Of a DNA stretch of 64,000 bases, positions 58,210 through 64,000 are shown in pieces. The notes under the pieces are model-generated. The model had not been told where the DNA came from and ran no database searches. It was given only the letters and a program-made list of their open reading frames with translations. The position numbers and the translations under genes were made by a program. The first letter of the stretch is position 1. Each line of letters starts with the position of its first letter. This DNA comes from an uncultured bacterium (GTDB lineage Bacteria; Krumholzibacteriota; Krumholzibacteriia; Krumholzibacteriales; Krumholzibacteriaceae), in assembly GCA_963786935.1 (NCBI GenBank), contig CAWBAN010000001.1, positions 897,158 to 961,157 on the forward strand. Direction: 5' to 3'.

Positions 58210-58977
58210 TCAGCTCTTCGTCTTGCCGCAGGTCTTCGCCTTCGGACAGGTGCCGTCTTCGGCCGCGGCGCAGCCTTCCTTCTTGCCGCCCGCTTCCGTT
58301 TTCTTCATCTCGCCGTGGCCGCACGCCGCCGCAGCGGCCGCCGGGCCCGAGTACTTCTTCGGATCCGCCTTGAATTTCTCGAGACAATCGTTGCAGCAGA
58401 AATAGGAGGTCTTACCGCCGTGCTCCAGCTTCGCGGGGGCGTCCTTGCGGAGGAACACCTTCCCGCTCACGGGGCATTCGGCGTAGATGTAGGCGTCCGG
58501 ATTCTTCTCGAACGCCTTCTTGTTCTCCTCGCTCACGAACGAATAGGGCCGCCCCTCGAACTTCGCCGTGTACTTCATTTCCTTCTGCGGCTTCACTTCG
58601 TTCGACACGACGTCATAGTTGATCTCGTAAGCCGCCGGATTGGCGAGATATTTATCCTTGCAGGCCTCCGCGCAGAAATGCATCTGGCGACCGCCGTGGA
58701 CGATTTCGATCGAACCGGCCTTCTTCACCGTCATGCCGCAGACCGGGTCCATGTCCATGCCGGCGGCGAAAGCGGCGGGATTCTGAAGGAAGTAGGCCTT
58801 GCAGCCCGCTTCGCAGAAGTAGTAGATCGTTCCCTCGTACTCGGCCTGGAGCGCCTCCGCCTTCGGAATCATGTAGCCGCACACGGCGCAGGGAACCATT
58901 TCCTTATCACCGGCGAAAGCCGCGCCGGCCGTAAGGAGCATCGACGCGAGAGCCGCAAAGAGAATTAACCGCTTCAT
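58210..58977 (-). CDS. YHS/TRASH-domain repeat protein, periplasmic (putative metal-binding)
   Basis: GGAGG is 8 nt upstream of ATG. The signal peptide is MKRLILFAALASMLLTAGAAFA. Four YHS-like units (VPCAVCGYMI...YYFCEAGCK; DPVCGMTV...HFCAEACK; ECPVSGKV...YFCCNDCLEKF) precede a Cys/Lys-rich tail. Confidence 0.7.
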   Translation of the reverse strand: MKRLILFAALASMLLTAGAAFAGDKEMVPCAVCGYMIPKAEALQAEYEGTIYYFCEAGCKAYFLQNPAAFAAGMDMDPVCGMTVKKAGSIEIVHGGRQMHFCAEACKDKYLANPAAYEINYDVVSNEVKPQKEMKYTAKFEGRPYSFVSEENKKAFEKNPDAYIYAECPVSGKVFLRKDAPAKLEHGGKTSYFCCNDCLEKFKADPKKYSGPAAAAAACGHGEMKKTEAGGKKEGCAAAEDGTCPKAKTCGKTKS

Positions 58978-59093
58978 TTTCAACCTCCTTGAAACCCAGA
59001 CACAAATTATTCTTCTATGAATTAAATATAAAACCGAAGCCCCCGCAAGGCGTTTCGCGGGGGCTTCGACTGCAACAATGGAACCGGCTCTTC

Positions 59094-61070
59094 CTACCGG
59101 ATGAAGAGCGGCGCGAAAACGAGCGCCACAACCGACATGAGCTTGATCAGGATGTTCATGCTCGGACCGCACGTGTCCTTGAACGGATCCCCCACGGTGT
59201 CGCCCACGACCGCGGCGGCGTGCGTCGGCGTTCCCTTCCCGCCGAGATTCCCTGCCTCGATCCACTTCTTGCTGTTGTCCCACGTGCCCCCGGCGTTCGC
59301 CATGAAGATGCCGAAGAGCACGCCCGTCGCCGTCGCGCCGGCGAGGAAACCGCCGAGCGCCGCGGGCCCGAGGGTGAACCCGACGATGAGCGGCAGGGCG
59401 ACCGCGAGCGTGCCGGGGATTATCATTTCCCGGAGCGCGTTCTTCGTCACGATATCGACGCATTTGCCCGTATCGGGCTCCGCGGTCCCTTCCATGAGCC
59501 CCTTGATCTCGCGGAACTGCCTCCGTATCTCGATCACCAGCTTGTTGGCAGCTTTGCCCACGGCCTTCATCGTGAGAGAGGCGATCACGAGCGGCACCGC
59601 CGCGCCGAGGAAGAGCCCGATGACGACCGTCGCCGACGAGAGGCTGATGCTCTCGAGCTTCACCGTATTCTGGTACGCGCTGAAGAGCCCGAGCGCCGTG
59701 AGCGCCGCCGATCCGATCGCGAAGCCCTTCCCGATCGCCGCGGTCGTGTTGCCGAGCGAATCGAGCCGATCGGTGATTTTCCGAACTTCGGGACCCAGGT
59801 GCGACATCTCCGCGATGCCGCCGGCGTTATCGGCGATGGGACCGTACGAATCGGTCGACATAACGATGCCGATGGTCGCGAGCATGCCGACCGCGGAAAG
59901 TGCGATGCCGTAAAGACCGCTCGTCATGTACGCGATATAGATCGCGGCGCAGAGGGTCAGCATCGGCAGAATGACGCTCTCGAATCCGACGGCGAGCCCC
60001 GTGATGATCGTCGTCGCGGGTCCCGTCGTGCTCGCGTTCGCGACCGTCTTCACCGGGGAGCCGGACGTGTAGAACTCGCTCTCGAGCCCGATGAGGATCC
60101 CCGCGAGGATGCCGGCGAGCACCGCATAGAACGGATTCAGGACGCCGACGATCGCTTTCGTCGCGAAGAAGGCGCCGATGATGAATATACCGCCCGAGAC
60201 GTATGTCGCGTAGCGAAGAGCCGACTGCGGATTCAACCGCTTGAGGAACCCGATCGACGCGATGCCGAGGAGCGAGGCAATGAGACCGATCCCGATCAAC
60301 ACCAGCGGCAGCGACATATACTGCAGCGGCGCCGCCAAAACCGCGCCGATCGCCATCGTCGCGACGACGCTCCCCACGTAGCTCTCGAACAGGTCCGCTC
60401 CCATGCCGGCCGTATCGCCGACGTTGTCGCCGACGTTGTCCGCGATGACTCCCGGATTCCGGGGATCGTCTTCGGGGATTCCCGCCTCGACTTTGCCGAC
60501 GAGGTCGGCGCCCACGTCGGCGCTCTTCGTGTAGATGCCGCCGCCGACGCGCGCGAAGAGCGCGATCGAGCTCGCTCCCATCGCGAAGCCGTTGATGATG
60601 AGCGGATTCTGCGTGAAGAGATAGAAGAAGCCGAGCCCGACGAGCCCGAGCGCCGCGACGCTGATTCCCATGACCGAGCCGCCCCTGAACGCGACCGAGA
60701 GGGCGTTCGATATTCCTCCGTCCATCGCCGCCTGGGCCGTGCGCGCGTTGCTCCGCGTCGACGCCTGCATCCCGAGGAGCCCCGCGGTCATCGAGCACAG
60801 GGCGCCGCCGAGGAAGGCGACGGCGGTCCACACGCTCAGCGCGAGCGAAAGGACCGCGAAAACGACGACGATAAAGACGGCGATGATCTGGTATTCCCGT
60901 CTCAGGAACACGAACGCTCCATGATGGACCTTGTCGCAGAGCTTCTGCATGAGCTCGTTCCCGGCCGGCTTTCTCATGATATCGAAGTAGGTGATCACCG
61001 CGACGATCATCCCGGCGACGCCGAGCCAGGGGATCAATCCGGTCAACGTCCTCAACGCATCGACATTCAT
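59094..61070 (-). CDS. hppA: membrane-bound proton/sodium-translocating pyrophosphatase
   Basis: It has [28 protein letters not shown] and [11 protein letters not shown] signature motifs. 658 aa, 16 TM helices. Confidence 0.9.
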   Translation of the reverse strand: MNVDALRTLTGLIPWLGVAGMIVAVITYFDIMRKPAGNELMQKLCDKVHHGAFVFLRREYQIIAVFIVVVFAVLSLALSVWTAVAFLGGALCSMTAGLLGMQASTRSNARTAQAAMDGGISNALSVAFRGGSVMGISVAALGLVGLGFFYLFTQNPLIINGFAMGASSIALFARVGGGIYTKSADVGADLVGKVEAGIPEDDPRNPGVIADNVGDNVGDTAGMGADLFESYVGSVVATMAIGAVLAAPLQYMSLPLVLIGIGLIASLLGIASIGFLKRLNPQSALRYATYVSGGIFIIGAFFATKAIVGVLNPFYAVLAGILAGILIGLESEFYTSGSPVKTVANASTTGPATTIITGLAVGFESVILPMLTLCAAIYIAYMTSGLYGIALSAVGMLATIGIVMSTDSYGPIADNAGGIAEMSHLGPEVRKITDRLDSLGNTTAAIGKGFAIGSAALTALGLFSAYQNTVKLESISLSSATVVIGLFLGAAVPLVIASLTMKAVGKAANKLVIEIRRQFREIKGLMEGTAEPDTGKCVDIVTKNALREMIIPGTLAVALPLIVGFTLGPAALGGFLAGATATGVLFGIFMANAGGTWDNSKKWIEAGNLGGKGTPTHAAAVVGDTVGDPFKDTCGPSMNILIKLMSVVALVFAPLFIR

Positions 61071-61192
61071 CCTGCCCTCCCTTGCGATGGTGTCCGAAAA
61101 CCCGAGAAATATATAACGCGCTGCACAATCGCGACAGATATAATTCGAAAAGTAATACGGTCATCGCGCGCGAGTTGTCAAGCAGTTTTGCT

Positions 61193-62077
61193 TCAGGAGA
61201 GCGCCGCCGGAGCCTCGCGGAACCGCTGCGACGCTTCGCGCAATTGCTTCACGTAGCGGATGGTCTTTTCGTCGACTTCGATCCGCGCCGCGACCTCCGC
61301 GTCGCCGAGCCCGCGGCCCATGAGGCAGAGAATCCCGTCGAGCGTTTCGTACGGCATGCCGAATATCTCCTCGTCCTTGACTCCGGCGAAGAGATCGGGG
61401 CTCGGTTTCTTCCGGAGGATCGGCTCCGGGAGAGCGATCTGCCCGCCCATTCGGAAGACCTGCATCTTGTACAGGTGCCGGATCGGGGCGATCTCTCCGG
61501 AATCGTCCCCGTACCGCACGAAGAAGCCGATCTCGAATTCCGTTCGATTCGCGCAGGCCGCGACGACACAATCGCGCCGCTCCGCCTCCCGGTACAGCTC
61601 GACGAGCCGCAGCCGGTGCTTTATGCGGACGAACGCGACGAACTCCCGGAACTCCGCCGCGCCGCCCCCGGTGAGGCTCGCGAGGAAGTTCGCCCGCGCC
61701 GCGCCGGGGAAGAGCCGCGCCGCTCCGCGGGCGATGCCGCGCAGGCGGACGAACGCGCTCGCGCCGCTCCGGTAGCACCCGAGATCCTCGAGAGCCTTGG
61801 TGAGGTCGCGTGTCTCAAAGGGGATTCCGAGTTTCCGGGCGAGCGCGAGCGCGTCATCGGCGCTGTCCGGGGAGCTATCGCGTTCGGGCAAGAAAAAGGC
61901 ATGAACGCGATCGGGAGGGAGCGCCCTCGCACAGAGGGACGCGACGACCGCCGAATCGATGCCCCCGCTCAGGCCGAGACAGACGCCCTTCGCGCCGCGG
62001 CGCGCGACGAAATCAGCGACGAAGGAAACGATCCGCTCCGTCTCCCGCCCGCAATCGATTGCAAGCTCGGGAATCAC
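61193..62077 (-). CDS. nadE: NH3-dependent NAD+ synthetase
   Basis: It has a GLSGGIDSAV PP-loop. 294 aa. Confidence 0.85.
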   Translation of the reverse strand: MIPELAIDCGRETERIVSFVADFVARRGAKGVCLGLSGGIDSAVVASLCARALPPDRVHAFFLPERDSSPDSADDALALARKLGIPFETRDLTKALEDLGCYRSGASAFVRLRGIARGAARLFPGAARANFLASLTGGGAAEFREFVAFVRIKHRLRLVELYREAERRDCVVAACANRTEFEIGFFVRYGDDSGEIAPIRHLYKMQVFRMGGQIALPEPILRKKPSPDLFAGVKDEEIFGMPYETLDGILCLMGRGLGDAEVAARIEVDEKTIRYVKQLREASQRFREAPAALS

Positions 62078-62089
62078 GGCAGACCCATC

Positions 62090-63289
62090 TCACTTGATGA
62101 CGCCGAGCCTCTTCCCCACCTTCGTGAAGGCCGCGATCGCCTTGTCGAGCTGCTCCGGGGTATGCGCCGCGGAGATCTGCGTCCTGATGCGGGCCGCGCC
62201 CTTCGGCACCACCGGATAGAAGAAGCCGATGACGTAGATGCCCTCGTCGAGGAGCTGCGCCGCCATCATCTGAGCGAGCTTCGCGTCACCGAGCATGACC
62301 GGCACGATCGGATGCTCGCTCGGAATGATATCGAAGCCGGCGGCGGTCATCTTCTCCCGGAAATATTTCGTGTTCTTCCGCAGACGTTCCCGCAGGTCGC
62401 TCGTCCGCGAGAGCATGTCGAGCACCGCGATCGACGCGGCGACGAGCGCCGGCGCCATCGTGTTCGAGAAGAGGTACGGCCGGGACCGCTGCCGCAGGAG
62501 GTCGATGATCTCGCGCCGGCCAGTCGTGAAGCCGCCCGACGCGCCGCCGAGCGCCTTGCCGAGCGTCGACGTGATGATGTCGACCCGTCCCATGGCGCCG
62601 GCGTGCTCGACCGCCCCGCGCCCCGTCGGGCCGAAGAATCCGGTCGCGTGGGAATCGTCGACCATCACCAACGCGCCGTACTCGTCGGCGAGGTCGCAGA
62701 TCTTATCCACCTTCGCCACGATGCCGTCCATCGAGAAGACGCCGTCCGTGGCGATCATGATGCGCTTCGCTCCCGCGGCTTTCGCCTCGTCGAGCCTCGC
62801 GCGCAGGTCGGCCATGTCGTTGTTGTTGTACCGGTACCGCTTCGCCTTGCAGAGCCGCACGCCGTCGATGATCGAGGCGTGGTTGAGGGCGTCGGAGATG
62901 ACGGCGTCCTCCTCCCCGAGCACCACCTCGAACAGGCCGCCGTTCGCGTCGAAGCACGAGGAATAGAGAATCGCGTCGTCGGTCCCGAAGAACTCCGAGA
63001 TCTTGCGCTCGAGCCGCTTGTGGATGTCCTGCGTCCCGCAGATGAACCGCACCGACGAGAGCCCGAAGCCGTGGGTCCGCATCGCCTCGCACGCCGCGGC
63101 GGCGAGCTCCGCGCTGTTGGAGAGCCCGAGATAGTTGTTCGCGCAGAAGTTGAGGACCTCCTGCCCCGACTCCACCCTGATCGCGGGGCGCTGCTCGGTG
63201 ACGATGATCCGCTCCGTCTTGAAGAGCCCCGCGTCCCTGATCTCCTGAAGCGTCGCCTGCAGCTCTTTTTTCAGCTTATCCGAGTACAT
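62090..63289 (-). CDS. kbl: glycine C-acetyltransferase (2-amino-3-ketobutyrate CoA ligase)
   Basis: It has [11 protein letters not shown] and a PLP lysine region ([13 protein letters not shown]). 399 aa. Confidence 0.9.
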   Translation of the reverse strand: MYSDKLKKELQATLQEIRDAGLFKTERIIVTEQRPAIRVESGQEVLNFCANNYLGLSNSAELAAAACEAMRTHGFGLSSVRFICGTQDIHKRLERKISEFFGTDDAILYSSCFDANGGLFEVVLGEEDAVISDALNHASIIDGVRLCKAKRYRYNNNDMADLRARLDEAKAAGAKRIMIATDGVFSMDGIVAKVDKICDLADEYGALVMVDDSHATGFFGPTGRGAVEHAGAMGRVDIITSTLGKALGGASGGFTTGRREIIDLLRQRSRPYLFSNTMAPALVAASIAVLDMLSRTSDLRERLRKNTKYFREKMTAAGFDIIPSEHPIVPVMLGDAKLAQMMAAQLLDEGIYVIGFFYPVVPKGAARIRTQISAAHTPEQLDKAIAAFTKVGKRLGVIK

Positions 63290-63311
63290 CGATTCCTCTC
63301 TTCGTGCGAGT

Positions 63312-64000
63312 TTACACGAGCAGCCCTTGCTCGTGCCGTTTCCCGAGCACCGCGATCATATCCGCCGCCATCGCCGCGAGATCGTAGTCGGGGCGCCAAT
63401 CCCACTCGTCCCGCGCGGCGCTGTCGTCCATGTAGTTCGGCCACGAGTCGGCGATCCGCTGCCGCATCGGATCGACGCGGTACTCCATGGTGAATTCGGG
63501 AATGTGCTTCTTGATCTCCGCCTCGAGCATTTCGGGGGTGAAATGCATCGCGGTGACGTTGAAGGAATTCCGGTGCTTCAACCGCGCCTGATCGGCCTCC
63601 ATGACCCCGATGGCCGCCTTGATCGCGTCCGGCATGTACATCATGTCGAGCGAGGTGCCCTGCTTGAGGAAGCAGGTGTACTTCCGCCTCTTGATCGCCT
63701 CGTAGAAGATCTCCACCGCGTAATCGGTCGTCCCGCCTCCGGGGAGCGTGCCGTTCGAGATGATCCCCGGGAAGCGGACCCCGCGCGCATCGACGCCGAA
63801 GCGCTTGAAGTAGTAGTCGCAGAGCAGCTCCCCCGACACTTTCGTCACGCCGTACATCGATTCGGGCCGCTGGATCGTGTCCTGAGGCGTTCCGTCCTGC
63901 GGCGTCGAGGGGCCGAAGGCGCCGATGGAGCTCGGGAAGAAGATGCAGCACTGGTTCGCCCGCGCGGCGTCGAGGACGTTGAGGAGACCGCCCATGTTGA
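63312..64000 (-). CDS. tdh: L-threonine 3-dehydrogenase (NAD-dependent epimerase/dehydratase family), partial: 5' end beyond window
   Basis: It has [15 protein letters not shown] (a YxxxK active site). It pairs with kbl in a threonine-degradation operon and runs off the window end. Confidence 0.85.
   Translation of the reverse strand, partial: NMGGLLNVLDAARANQCCIFFPSSIGAFGPSTPQDGTPQDTIQRPESMYGVTKVSGELLCDYYFKRFGVDARGVRFPGIISNGTLPGGGTTDYAVEIFYEAIKRRKYTCFLKQGTSLDMMYMPDAIKAAIGVMEADQARLKHRNSFNVTAMHFTPEMLEAEIKKHIPEFTMEYRVDPMRQRIADSWPNYMDDSAARDEWDWRPDYDLAAMAADMIAVLGKRHEQGLLV

Overview
This is a 64-kb, high-GC (about two-thirds G+C), densely coding bacterial chromosomal segment, and most genes lie on the minus strand. 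The long overlapping ORFs in the other frames are GC-driven artefacts that run antisense to recognisable genes. Gene content suggests an anaerobic, probably FCB-superphylum-like bacterium, on inference from GWxTD, PorV-like, bS22-like and Reg_prop proteins. In order, the window holds: two tandem glucose-1-phosphate adenylyltransferase paralogs; a PorV-like outer-membrane barrel; a PilZ / hybrid histidine kinase / two sigma-54 activator signalling operon; a frameshifted bS22-like mini ribosomal protein; HU; and a long AT-richer intergenic region. Next come a sugar nucleotidyltransferase, divergent tRNA-Ala(GGC) and tRNA-Leu(CAA), and a Reg_prop-PP2C sensor in an operon with two polytopic glycosyltransferase-like membrane proteins. 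These are followed by a Trp-rich lipoprotein, a radical-SAM/GT4/nitroreductase/isochorismatase/tandem-ThyX cluster, and a frameshift-split ~1000-aa metalloprotease-propeller-barrel outer-membrane protein. An 11-gene hdrCBA-mvhDGA-protease-hypABCD operon occupies 28.3-37.6 kb. The rest comprises a TPR lipoprotein, an EamA transporter, DUF116, HD-GYP, GWxTD, nitroreductase and TonB genes, two tandem paralogous secreted proteins, an FG-GAP-like protein and GGT. The window ends with a transglutaminase-like protein plus radical-SAM/SPASM pair, RtcB-archease, YchF, a YHS-repeat protein, a H+-pyrophosphatase, NadE and kbl-tdh. There is no CRISPR array, transposase, integrase, prophage or recognisable defence island. 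The most notable observation is an in-frame UGA in the [NiFe]-hydrogenase large subunit. It sits exactly at the second Cys of the N-terminal RxCGxCxxxH nickel-binding motif, with a candidate SECIS-like hairpin just downstream. This implies an unusual N-terminal selenocysteine while the C-terminal DPCxxC motif keeps both Cys.
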